From contig NZ_AP013043.1 of assembly GCF_016592615.1 (NCBI RefSeq), positions 1,320,001 to 1,352,000 on the forward strand: 32,000 nt of DNA, written 5' to 3'. The notes under the pieces are model-generated. The model did no database searches. It had not been told where the DNA came from and saw only the letters and a program-made list of their open reading frames with translations. Below are positions 1 through 7,975 of the stretch, in pieces. Position 1 is the stretch's first letter. Every line of letters starts with the position of its first letter. The DNA is from Isorropodon fossajaponicum endosymbiont JTNG4 (GTDB lineage Bacteria > Pseudomonadota > Gammaproteobacteria > PS1 > Pseudothioglobaceae). The translations under genes and the position numbers were made by a program.

Positions 1-769
1 ACACCACATCAACCACAAATAAATCTTGATTTGATATATTTGAAAGATAACGTGTTGACATTTTTACTTGAATAACGTTTGCAGTCTCGTCTTCGTTAAT
101 CATACGTGGCTGTGCACCTGGCAATGGCTGCTCTTCAATTGCCATGCAATTAGTCACATCTGCCGTTTTGGCAACCATCTCTTCTTGAGCATTCAACAAT
201 GTAATTTGACAAGCCCAGCCTTTATCAATTAAGCCATCAAGAAATATTTGCATACTTTGTGCATAATTTTCAGCATCTTTTTGAAAGCTGCCAAAAGAGA
301 TAATTAAAGTTAGTAATCTTTTTGTTTGTTCGGTATAACGCTCATCTCTAATTTTTTGCACACCGCTATACAAGCCATTGACTTGCTGAATAAAATTTTG
401 ACTGAAAACATTAAAAGCTTTTTCTGAATCTTTAACGTTGTTTTGAATCGTTTGAAATGAGAATATATAAAAAGACAATACTGGCACAATCACCAAAACC
501 GGCACAATTTTAACAAACGACCAAGTAAATTTAGAGCCTACAATATCGCCCTTAACATCACGCTTAAGGCGTAATACATCCGCATAAACATAATAAATAG
601 CAATCAGGCTCATGATGATATTAAACCCAACCAAATACCCCCACCAATGTGCAATAAAATCAGGATTAAGCCCTAAATAAAACGTGCCAGAAATAGACAG
701 TAAGAAAACAAACACCCAAACCCATGCAGGTGGTGTCTTTTTTAAATGCAAATATTGGTTAAGAATCAT
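1..769 (-). CDS. Membrane sensor protein, N-terminal part (possibly an NtrY/PilS-type two-component sensor kinase); 3' end lies beyond the window
   Basis: Absent from the ORF track because it runs off the window edge. My manual translation of the reverse strand from ATG (rc of 767-769) stays open to position 1. It reads MILNQYLHLKKTPPAWVWVFVFLLSISGTFYLGLNPDFIAHWWGYLVGFNIIMSLIAIYYVYADVLRLKRDVKGDIVGSKFTWSFVKIVPVLVIVPVLSFYIFSF..., about four hydrophobic helices followed by a soluble region. The functional label rests only on this architecture. Confidence 0.55.
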   Translation of the reverse strand, partial: MILNQYLHLKKTPPAWVWVFVFLLSISGTFYLGLNPDFIAHWWGYLVGFNIIMSLIAIYYVYADVLRLKRDVKGDIVGSKFTWSFVKIVPVLVIVPVLSFYIFSFQTIQNNVKDSEKAFNVFSQNFIQQVNGLYSGVQKIRDERYTEQTKRLLTLIISFGSFQKDAENYAQSMQIFLDGLIDKGWACQITLLNAQEEMVAKTADVTNCMAIEEQPLPGAQPRMINEDETANVIQVKMSTRYLSNISNQDLFVVDVV

Positions 770-990
770 AGAAAATAGTGCGAACAATCATACTTTTTGA
801 ATAATTATCGCATACATCTACACAAATTATTCATTAAAAGATAGCCCAAATAACTTAGCTGATTGTCTTTGTGCTTAAGTTTTTTCAGGTCGCTGCTAGG
901 ATGTATTTATAATGAAAAATTACTTTATTCTAAATAAATAATATTAATTCTATTTTTATGTAAAAAACATGTATCGTACGCATATAAGTT

Positions 991-1016
991 ACCTTTTTAG
1001 CAATAGCTAAAAAGGT
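991..1016. repeat. Perfect 11-bp inverted repeat with a 4-nt loop, in the divergent intergenic region between the sensor gene and the OMP pseudogene
   Basis: acctttttagc-aata-gctaaaaaggt read directly. It lies between two divergently oriented starts, so an operator or regulatory palindrome is more plausible than a terminator. Confidence 0.4.
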
Positions 1017-1187
1017 AAAAAGAATTAATTTTTTCGAGTGTTGGCACTATCCATAGCAAAGTAGTATCGTTTTTTGACAAAATCATATTACTTTATATAA
1101 AACTTTGAGACAGCATAGTACCATTAGTTTTTCTAGTTAATTTTAACTCAATGAAAACTAATTTTCTAATAAATATGGAGATATATC

Positions 1188-1685
1188 ATGAAAAAAGTAA
1201 GATTATAACATTAAGCTTATTGCTTATAGGCACATCACAAGCATTTGCAGAGGCTCTAAGAGAGCGTGTTGCTGTATTAGAATCAACCCCAAGCAGCAAC
1301 AAAGATTGGTGGCGTGGCTCAAGTTAAATACACAACAAATGGAGGGTACTGAGTTGGGCGATGTCAAACTTCACGTTTCACACGTAATTAATGAGCAATT
1401 CGATGCTACTTTTACAATTCAAAGGGATGGTGGCGATAAGGATAGTATTAGGTGGTGCTGCAATTAATTATCACAATGCAAACTTTGATGCCTCAATCGG
1501 CAAAATTGGCACGCCTTTTGGTTCTTATGGCACAGGCATGATAAAGGCAATAGAAATGGGCTTGCACTATCCAAAACATTAGGCGGTATCAAAGTTTCAG
1601 TTTATACCAACGACAAAGTAAAAAGTAAATCAGCTAATCAGCTAATTACACCAACGGTGCATTTCAGTGCAGGCGCTTACTATTT
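1188..1685 (+). pseudogene. Small outer-membrane beta-barrel (porin/OmpW-like) gene, frameshifted several times and abutted by an IS element at its 3' end
   Basis: GGAG 8 nt upstream of ATG 1188. As written the ORF stops after 6 codons (MKKVRL*). One extra A in the A6 run 1191-1196 would give a classic signal peptide, MKKSKIITLSLLLIGTSQAFA-EALRERVAVLES...KDWW. Later pieces in other frames are ELGDVKLHVSHVINEQFDATFTIQRDGG, GGAAINYHNANFDASIGKIGTPFGSYG (track ORF 1391-1582) and GIKVSVYTNDK...TPTVHFSAGAYYF. The last ends in an OMP-like terminal Phe exactly at the IS boundary. Confidence 0.55.
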
Positions 1686-1711
1686 TGCAATGCTCTAACC
1701 TACTTGGACAC
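1686..1711. repeat. IS copy A terminal inverted repeat (orfB-proximal end)
   Basis: TGCAATGCTCTAACCTACTTGGACAC. It starts with TG as in the IS3 family, and it is where identity with copy B begins. Confidence 0.8.
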
Positions 1712-1714
1712 ATT

Positions 1715-2617
1715 TCAAGCCGCTTTTTTCAATTCAGCCATCTTTTGAGCAGGTGTTAAATACCCAATCGCTGAATGAATCCTTTTGTAATTATACAAGT
1801 AGATATAACCCTCTACATTTTGCACGACTTCACTATGATTTGCAAAACTTTGATAATTTAATCTCTCAGTCTTCAGACTTCTAAAGAAACGCTCCATGAC
1901 CGCATTATCCCAACAATTACCTCGCCTGCTCATGCTTTGAGTAATGTTGTTCTTGTTGCAATAATCAATAAAAACTTTAGAAGAGTATTGAGTCCCTTGA
2001 TCAGAGTGGAACATGTGTTTATTTGTATTGGGCTGGTGTCTAGACACAGCATTACTAAGCGCATCCTTTGCCAACTGAGCATTAGGCTGTTTTGACAATG
2101 CCCAACCAACAACTTGTCTTGAGCCTAAATCCAACACACTGGCTAAATAACTCCCACCTTGATAGGTTTTGATATAGGTAATATCACCAACCCAATGCGT
2201 ATTAATTGATTGCTGCTCAAACACACGATTTAATAGGTTTTTTGCCTTTTTAAACATCAATCTAGTATTAGGGTAATAATGACGCTTTCTTGGGCGTATG
2301 GCAACTACATTGGCTTTTTTCATTAGCGTTGCAGTTTGGTAAATACCAATGTTATAACCTTGGTTATTCAAAACTACTCGCATTCTGCGTTTGCCATAGG
2401 TGTATCCAACTTCAATAGCAGTTTGTTTGATTAATTTAATCATAGCGTTGGTGTTGTTGTTTACTCGCTTATCTTTGACTTGATAGTAATAACTACTGCG
2501 AGGAAGTTTGAGTAATGCTCATAATTCTTTAGTATTGTATTGTTGGCAAGCCTTGTTTATCTTGATAATCATATCACTTGGTGATTGTCCACAGCGAACA
2601 AGGCTGTTGCCTTTTTT
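1715..2617 (-). pseudogene. IS3-family transposase OrfB (DDE/RNase-H fold), -1 frame, interrupted by an in-frame TGA
   Basis: The -1 frame from the slippery site reads KKGNSLVRCGQSPSDMIIKINKACQQYNTKEL*ALLKLPRSSYYYQVKDK...MIKLIKQ... . The TGA (rc of 2519-2521) sits where IS3 transposases have the conserved Cys of the ELC motif. DDE signatures are HWVGDITYI, MFHSDQGTQYSS and GNCWDNAVMERFF. The track ORF 1715-2443 is the portion after the stop. Confidence 0.85.
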
Positions 2618-2919
2618 AAGATTTCATTGTCCCTTTGTGCGCGCCAAAGTTGTTTCTCAAGCAGTTGTATTGTTTGTTGTTCAGAAGTCAGCGCTTTGCC
2701 TGACTCTGGTGTTTGTCCACCAAGCTCTGCTAGGTATTGTTTTCTCCATCTGCTAACTGCTGAGGAGCAAGCTCCTGATATTATCATGATTTTTTTATTG
2801 GTGTAATTCTCATGCACCATGAGTTTGGCATAATCTAGTGTTTCCCCCTCAAGGGGGTATTGAACAGAATGTTCAACGGTAAAAGTCACTCGTTGTTTTC
2901 TTGATTTATATTGTGTCAT
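2569..2919 (-). CDS. IS3-family transposase OrfA (helix-turn-helix protein), apparently intact in this copy
   Basis: 116 aa: MTQYKSRKQRVTFTVEH...SSAVSRWRKQYLAELGG...LEKQLWRAQRDNEILKKATALFA. The leucine-zipper-like tail and the ILKKA motif spanning the slippery heptamer are typical of IS3 OrfA. Confidence 0.8.
   Translation of the reverse strand: MTQYKSRKQRVTFTVEHSVQYPLEGETLDYAKLMVHENYTNKKIMIISGACSSAVSRWRKQYLAELGGQTPESGKALTSEQQTIQLLEKQLWRAQRDNEILKKATALFAVDNHQVI
2611..2617 (-). other. Programmed -1 ribosomal frameshift heptamer A AAA AAG of the IS (copy A)
   Basis: The minus strand reads GAA ATC TTA AAA AAG GCA. The -1 frame downstream is continuous with the DDE ORF. This is the canonical IS3-family signal. 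Confidence 0.7.
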
Positions 2920-2958
2920 TACTGACCTCCTTATGGTTTGTATTATAAGGCTATCTTT

Positions 2959-2984
2959 GTGTCCAATAAAATTAGACTATTGCA
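2959..2984. repeat. IS copy A terminal inverted repeat (orfA-proximal end)
   Basis: gtgtccaataaaattagactattgca. Its reverse complement, TGCAATAGTCTAATTTTATTGGACAC, matches 1686-1711 at 20/26 positions and ends in CA. Confidence 0.8.
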
Positions 2985-3225
2985 GTATGGTATGTGCTAT
3001 TTCAGTTGCAATGAGTGAATGTAGAAAATGAGGTTTGTTGTGTGTTCTTCCAAGACATTTTTAGTGGTTTTTAGGGTTGTTTTAGATAGGTGTTATTTTA
3101 CCATATTGGTGGTTTTTGGTTGATTTATGCAAAGGTCTCTATATGTAAGCCTTTATTACATCAATAATTATCAATTTGATAAAAATTGTCATTTTTTTTT
3201 AATCAATCCTGTTTATACAAAGGCA

Positions 3226-3507
3226 TTAACTCAAGGTTTTCTTCAAATCATCAATTGAAAAACTTTGCACAGTTTGTTCATCAGTATAAACAGGCTTCAT
3301 CCTAGTATGTGCACCTGAGGATTTTTCAATAGCGATTTGCCTACTGGTTACGATATCTAAACAATCAGTGATCATTTTTTGCGTTGCTTGACTAAGTGGG
3401 TGCTTTAATCCTGGCTGGGTCATGGTGTCTTTGGCAACGGCAATAAGGGTTTTTCTGACTGCGCCTAGAAGTCTAGTTTCAAAATTTTGTGTGTTGTCAT
3501 TGTTCAT
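3226..3507 (-). CDS. Hypothetical 93-aa protein, translationally coupled to nagZ
   Basis: Its ATG overlaps the nagZ TGA (ATGA at 3504-3507). There are no internal stops. It is the last gene of the tightly packed rlmD-to-nagZ string. I recognise no family. Confidence 0.55.
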   Translation of the reverse strand: MNNDNTQNFETRLLGAVRKTLIAVAKDTMTQPGLKHPLSQATQKMITDCLDIVTSRQIAIEKSSGAHTRMKPVYTDEQTVQSFSIDDLKKTLS

Positions 3508-4487
3508 AATAAATCTCTAATAGTTGCTAAATGTTGCTGATGGTTAATTTTATCGGATTTAAACTTATAAAAACCTTGCATTGATTGTAATTTTTCGTTC
3601 ATGTCCCAATCTTTATCAATGATTTGCGCAACCAATTCAGGATGATTGCATATAAGCACCATATCACAGCCAATATCTAATGATGCTTTCACTCTATTGG
3701 TTATGTCTTTAATGAAATGCGCACCTTGCATAGACAAATCATCACTAAAAATAACACCTTTAAATTTGAGTTGGTTTTGCAAAATATCTTTAATCCACTT
3801 AGAGGAGAACCCTGCTGGCTTATCATCTACTTGAGTATAAACAACATGGGTGGGCATAAGTGCATCAAGTCCATGGTTAATTAACCCCTTAAAGGGTTTC
3901 ATATCTTGTGATAAATCACTCATTGGTCTGTCATCTATTGGCAAGTCAAGGTGTGAATCCGCCGTGACAAATCCATGCCCTGGAAAATGCTTACCAACAC
4001 ACTTCATGCCTGCTTTGTGCATGCCATTAATTAAACTACCTGCTAATTTTACAATCACATCAGGATTAGAATGAAAGGCCCTGTCACCAATTACTTGGGA
4101 GGTGTCATAATTAACATCCAATACAGGTGCAAAAGAAAAATCCACGCCAATATCCAACAACTCATATGCCAAGACAAAACCACAAGAAAAGGCTTTATCC
4201 ATCGCCATATCTGGATTTTTATCATACGACGCACCTAATTTTGCCATGGCTGGTAGGTGGGTAAATCCAGTTTGAAAACGCTGCACTCGTCCACCTTCGT
4301 GGTCAACAGTAATCAGCAAGTTTTTATTAACTTGGCGAATGCCTTTAATTAATAAAGTCACTTGCTCAATAGATTCAAAATTACGCCCAAACAAAATAAC
4401 GCCGCCAATAGAGGATTTAATCAATTGTTGTTTTTCTTGTGTGGTTAGTGTCAATCCTGACACATCCATCATAATAGGGCCTATCAT
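3504..4487 (-). CDS. nagZ: Beta-N-acetylhexosaminidase NagZ (GH3), peptidoglycan recycling
   Basis: 327 aa. Motifs: GGVILFGRNF, VDHEGGRVQRF, KHFPGHGFVTADSHLDLP. As I recall E. coli NagZ, it is collinear with it. Confidence 0.92.
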   Translation of the reverse strand: MIGPIMMDVSGLTLTTQEKQQLIKSSIGGVILFGRNFESIEQVTLLIKGIRQVNKNLLITVDHEGGRVQRFQTGFTHLPAMAKLGASYDKNPDMAMDKAFSCGFVLAYELLDIGVDFSFAPVLDVNYDTSQVIGDRAFHSNPDVIVKLAGSLINGMHKAGMKCVGKHFPGHGFVTADSHLDLPIDDRPMSDLSQDMKPFKGLINHGLDALMPTHVVYTQVDDKPAGFSSKWIKDILQNQLKFKGVIFSDDLSMQGAHFIKDITNRVKASLDIGCDMVLICNHPELVAQIIDKDWDMNEKLQSMQGFYKFKSDKINHQQHLATIRDLL

Positions 4488-5785
4488 ATAAATAAATGTT
4501 TAAAATTTTTGCCAATCCAAAAAAGCATAACAAGGCTAGGGATCACCATGAGTGCCGTAATGGCAAAAAATACTGCCCATTCGCCACCAAAAGCAATAAC
4601 CCAATCTCTATTTTCTAAGCTGTCTACCAACAAGCCACTGCTACTGGCAAATAAAATTTTGCCCAAATTACCCATAGAAGACATTAAGGCGTATTGTGTA
4701 GCGGTGTAAGTTTTATTAACCAAATAGGAAATAAACGCCACAAATGCCACAGTTGAAAAGGCAGATGTAAAATTGTCTAAAAATATGGTTAATGCTAAAA
4801 ACTCCTTATCTGCACCAATTGTTGCTAGATAACTATACATCAAATTAGTAAGTGCCATTGATACGCCGCCAATAACCAAGCCCTTAAGAAGTCCAAAATG
4901 AATGCTAACAAAGCTTGCAATGATTGAAAAAATAATGGTCAAAGTTGAGCCTAGAAGTTTTGAATAGGTAGCTATATCAGTCTTAGAAAAACCGATATCA
5001 TCATAAAAAACCAACGACATTTTTCCAAGAAATGCCTCGCCGATTTTAAAAAACATAATGAACAACAAAATTAAAATGGCCGTTGTACCAAAGCGGTTAA
5101 AGAAGTCTTTAAGCGGGCTAAAGAAAGTCTCGCCTAGCCATTGTTCTGGTGTGTCAGTAGTTGTTTGATTTGAATGCGTCTCCTTTGGCATGAGTAGCGT
5201 TGTAAGCATAAAGCCTAGCACAAAAAAACTCATGACAAAATACACCATTGACCAATTGTTAGAATAATCTGCCAAGTAAAGTGCAAACGCACCTAAAAAT
5301 CCAAAACCAAACCACCAGCCACTTGTTGCAGCGGCAGCGGCAGCGGCAATTTTGCCATCCTTGCTTTCGCTAATTATTTCAATGCGATAAGCATCAATCA
5401 CAATGTCTTGAGTGGCTGAGGTGATGGCAATTAATAGTGCGAGTAATGACACCCAAACAATGCTTATTTTAGGGTCTGTCCATGATATGGCGATGATTAA
5501 AATAAACAATAAAATTTGTAAAAATAGCAGCCAACTACGTCTAAAACCAAGTGTGTTTAAAAATGGAATTTTAACCTTGTCAAGTAACGGTGCCCATAAC
5601 CAATTGATAGAATAAACGAAAAAAATGGAGCCTAAAAAACCGATTGCTGTGCGCGTCAGTCCAGCATCTTTAAGCCACAAGGTCATTGTTGAGCCGATAA
5701 TCACCCACGGAAAACCACTAGCAACGCCATTCAAAAAGATAAACAACATGCGTTTATCTAAATAGATATTTAGTATTTTACTCAC
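4484..5785 (-). CDS. ampG: AmpG-family muropeptide MFS permease
   Basis: 433 aa polytopic protein. The N-terminus LFIFLNGVASGFPWVIIGSTMTLWLKDAGL...INWLWAPLLDKVKIPFL..GFRRSWLL matches the AmpG signature. 4-nt overlap with nagZ. Confidence 0.88.
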   Translation of the reverse strand: MSKILNIYLDKRMLFIFLNGVASGFPWVIIGSTMTLWLKDAGLTRTAIGFLGSIFFVYSINWLWAPLLDKVKIPFLNTLGFRRSWLLFLQILLFILIIAISWTDPKISIVWVSLLALLIAITSATQDIVIDAYRIEIISESKDGKIAAAAAAATSGWWFGFGFLGAFALYLADYSNNWSMVYFVMSFFVLGFMLTTLLMPKETHSNQTTTDTPEQWLGETFFSPLKDFFNRFGTTAILILLFIMFFKIGEAFLGKMSLVFYDDIGFSKTDIATYSKLLGSTLTIIFSIIASFVSIHFGLLKGLVIGGVSMALTNLMYSYLATIGADKEFLALTIFLDNFTSAFSTVAFVAFISYLVNKTYTATQYALMSSMGNLGKILFASSSGLLVDSLENRDWVIAFGGEWAVFFAITALMVIPSLVMLFWIGKNFKHLFI

Positions 5786-6199
5786 CTAACATTGCAACCA
5801 AGGCATACCATCATAACGCCAACCATTTAAATTACCTCGTTGGTCACTTACATCAAGATCCCCTTCAAAGCCACTAACAACATGTGCCACGTTGGTAAAA
5901 CCATGTTCAATTAAGCATTTTCCTGCATCATTTGAACGGTAACCACTGCGACAAATTAAAATAATTTCACGTTCTAAGAAGTTATTTTCCTTGCCAGTAA
6001 GACGCTTAATGGCAGCAATAAACTCATCTTCATTGGGCTCCCAATCAGGATCGTCAAGCCAAGACACAAAAATACATTCAATAGGTCTACCAACAAATTT
6101 ATTTTCTGCTTCGCAACGCACGTCAATCAAAATGGCATCTTGATTGACTTGTAAGCGTTCAAAGGCTTTTTTTGGCAGGTGTTGTATTAACTGATTCAT
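5786..6199 (-). CDS. Rhodanese-domain sulfurtransferase (single domain)
   Basis: 137 aa with the active-site loop CRSGYRS. Abuts the ampG start with zero gap. Confidence 0.8.
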   Translation of the reverse strand: MNQLIQHLPKKAFERLQVNQDAILIDVRCEAENKFVGRPIECIFVSWLDDPDWEPNEDEFIAAIKRLTGKENNFLEREIILICRSGYRSNDAGKCLIEHGFTNVAHVVSGFEGDLDVSDQRGNLNGWRYDGMPWLQC

Positions 6200-6659
6200 T
6201 ACTCAATTATAGCAACATCTCCCCCTATGTGAACCTTTTCAAATAATTCAACAATATCTTGATTTCGCATACGGATACAGCCTTTTGACTTAGGAGCGCC
6301 CATCATAAATTCATCAGGTGAGCCCCGTGAATATAAATATAACGCTCATGCGTGTTTTTATTATGCTTTTCAACCCCATCAAGCCATAAAATTCGAGTTA
6401 ATATCCAATCTTTATCAGTTTGTTCGTTAAATAATTGTTTTGAATAAATCTCACCTGTTGGTATTCTAGCAATAAATACAGTGCCCAATTCTACATTATC
6501 GCCAATTTTTTCGCTGATTTTAAATCGTCCAGTTGGTGTGCAAAATGAACCCTCTACCTCGCCCACACCGTTGATTGAACTTGAAATTGAGTAAGATTTT
6601 TGCAAGACATTATCTTGATAATAATCTAAAGTTTGGGTGTTGATATTGATGTTTATCAT
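6199..6659 (-). pseudogene. L,D-transpeptidase (YkuD domain) gene split by a frameshift just before the catalytic Cys motif
   Basis: Track ORF 6303-6659 ends ...RYIYIHGAHLMNL*. The next frame continues DEFMMGAPKSKGCIRMRNQDIVELFEKVHIGGDVAIIE*, with its stop overlapping the rhodanese ATG as TAATG. The HG...SxGCIRM signature is therefore divided between two frames around 6316-6322. Confidence 0.75.
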
Positions 6660-7972
6660 CGAGTGAATAAAGCAATAGATTCCACATGGGCAGTTTGGGG
6701 GAACATGTCCATCACTCCCGCAGTTTCAAGCATAAACCCAAGCTCAATTAACTTGAGCGTATCACGAGCCAAGGTTGCAGGATTGCATGACACATACACC
6801 AATCTTGTGACACCTAATTTAAGCAGTAACTCTACAATTTCAATTGCACCAGATCTAGCTGGGTCAATAAGTGCCTTATTGTAAGTCTTGCCTCTGAACC
6901 ACTCAAAACCTACCACTTCTTTAAATAAATCTGCCTTATAAAAATCAACATTGGTAATGCTGTTTTTTTGTGCATTATACTTTGCCCTTTCAATCAATCC
7001 TAAATCACCTTCAATACCCACCACATGTTTAGCATGTCTTGCAATTGGTAAGGTAAAGTTACCCAGACCGCAGAATAAATCAATCACCTCATCAGACTCA
7101 TTAAGTTCAAGTAATTCTAATGCTAAATCAACCATTTGCTGATTCAGTTTAAAGTTCACTTGAACAAAATCAGTGGGTAAAAATTCCATGATAATACCAT
7201 GATTAGGATGTGAATACGTTAGCACAACAGGCTTTTCTAATGGCTTAACACTGTCTAAACCACCGCTTTGGGTATAAAAGGTGATGTTTAATTGTTGGGC
7301 ACAATCTACTAATATTTGCTCATCTTTTACACTCAAAGGCTCAAGGTGTCTTAGAATAAGCACCGTATTATTCTCAGCAATCGCCACTTCAAACTGTGGA
7401 ATACTGGACTTAATACTAAGCCTTTCAATACAATCAGCAAGCACTTCAAGATGTTCACCTATGGATGGATGCAAAACCTCACAGCGACTCATATTGGTGA
7501 TAAATGAAGATTTTTTTTCTCTAAATCCAACCAATACCTTGTCTTTTTTAGCCACATATCGAATACCCAATCTAGCTTTGCGCCGATAACCCCAGCTTTG
7601 AACTTGAAGTGGCTTTAACCAAGTCTTAGGCTCAATTTTTGCCTGATTAGCAAACGCATCTTTTAGCCAATTACCCTTAGCCTGTATTTGATCTTCACTG
7701 GATAAATGCTGAAACGAACAACCACCACAAATACCAAATACGTCACATTTAGGCGTGATTCGATTATCCGCTGGCTTTAATACTTGCTTAACACCAGCCT
7801 CTTCAAATTTAGCACGTGAAAACGTGCGGTCAGCAATCACAAGCTCACCTGGTAACGCGCCACTTACAAAAATAACCTTATCTTCAAAATGTGCAATTCC
7901 TCGCCCTTCATGAGAAAGTGACTCTATGTTTAACTCGTAAGTTTTGGCTTTTGGTTTTCTTCTTCTACTCAT
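6656..7972 (-). CDS. rlmD: 23S rRNA (uracil1939-C5)-methyltransferase RlmD (RumA)
   Basis: 438 aa. It has an N-terminal TRAM-like region, the Fe-S cluster cysteines CDVFGICGGCSFQHL, and the SAM-methyltransferase motif DLFCGLGNFTLP. The stop is TGA. Confidence 0.9.
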   Translation of the reverse strand: MSRRRKPKAKTYELNIESLSHEGRGIAHFEDKVIFVSGALPGELVIADRTFSRAKFEEAGVKQVLKPADNRITPKCDVFGICGGCSFQHLSSEDQIQAKGNWLKDAFANQAKIEPKTWLKPLQVQSWGYRRKARLGIRYVAKKDKVLVGFREKKSSFITNMSRCEVLHPSIGEHLEVLADCIERLSIKSSIPQFEVAIAENNTVLILRHLEPLSVKDEQILVDCAQQLNITFYTQSGGLDSVKPLEKPVVLTYSHPNHGIIMEFLPTDFVQVNFKLNQQMVDLALELLELNESDEVIDLFCGLGNFTLPIARHAKHVVGIEGDLGLIERAKYNAQKNSITNVDFYKADLFKEVVGFEWFRGKTYNKALIDPARSGAIEIVELLLKLGVTRLVYVSCNPATLARDTLKLIELGFMLETAGVMDMFPQTAHVESIALFTR

Positions 7973-7975
7973 GAA

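Larger units (their letters stand above)
1686..2984 (-). mobile_element. IS3-family insertion sequence, copy A (1299 bp between TG...CA termini); transposase defective
   Basis: Imperfect 26-bp terminal inverted repeats with 20/26 matches: TGCAATGCTCTAACCTACTTGGACAC at 1686-1711, versus the reverse complement of 2959-2984. It shows the orfA/orfB two-frame organisation with an A AAA AAG slippery site, and DDE motifs in orfB. A second copy lies at 12928-14227. Confidence 0.9.

Noticed and set aside
1041-1058. Sigma-54-like element TTGGCACTATCCATAGCA upstream of the OMP pseudogene.
   Set aside because: The GG-to-GC spacing is one nucleotide longer than the TGGCAC-N5-TTGC consensus, and TAGCA replaces TTGCA. 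This is not enough to call a promoter.
1391-1582. Track ORF of 63 aa as a stand-alone gene.
   Set aside because: It is one frame segment of the frameshifted outer-membrane beta-barrel pseudogene (1188-1685), not an independent gene.
2519-2521. UGA recoding (Trp/Cys/Sec) as a rescue for the in-frame TGA of the IS transposase.
   Set aside because: Intact, normal-length genes in the same window terminate at TGA (rlmD at 6656-6658, ampG at 4484-4486, nagZ at 3504-3506, rplD at 31909-31911). Trp positions use TGG, and no SECIS-like hairpin was noticed.
2844-2857. GC-rich hairpin ccccc-tcaa-ggggg inside IS orfA as a regulatory or terminator structure.
   Set aside because: The stem is only 5 bp and lies within coding sequence (YPLEGE), and I can see no associated function. 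One arm differs between the copies (C5 versus C6).
3006-3013. TTGCAATG on the right of copy A and at its left junction as an 8-bp target-site duplication.
   Set aside because: It would require IS ends that do not coincide with the inverted repeats. Copy B shows no equivalent repeat (gtgcaatg versus gttgttgt), and IS3-family duplications are 3-4 bp. I keep it only as a curiosity under the 21-bp finding.
3059-3100. Three closely spaced TTTTAG motifs (tttttagtggtttttagggttgttttagatagg) downstream of IS copy A, as a possible tandem repeat or binding-site array.
   Set aside because: The unit spacing is irregular, the motif is very short in T-rich DNA, and there is no second occurrence near copy B. 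This is most likely chance or decayed sequence.
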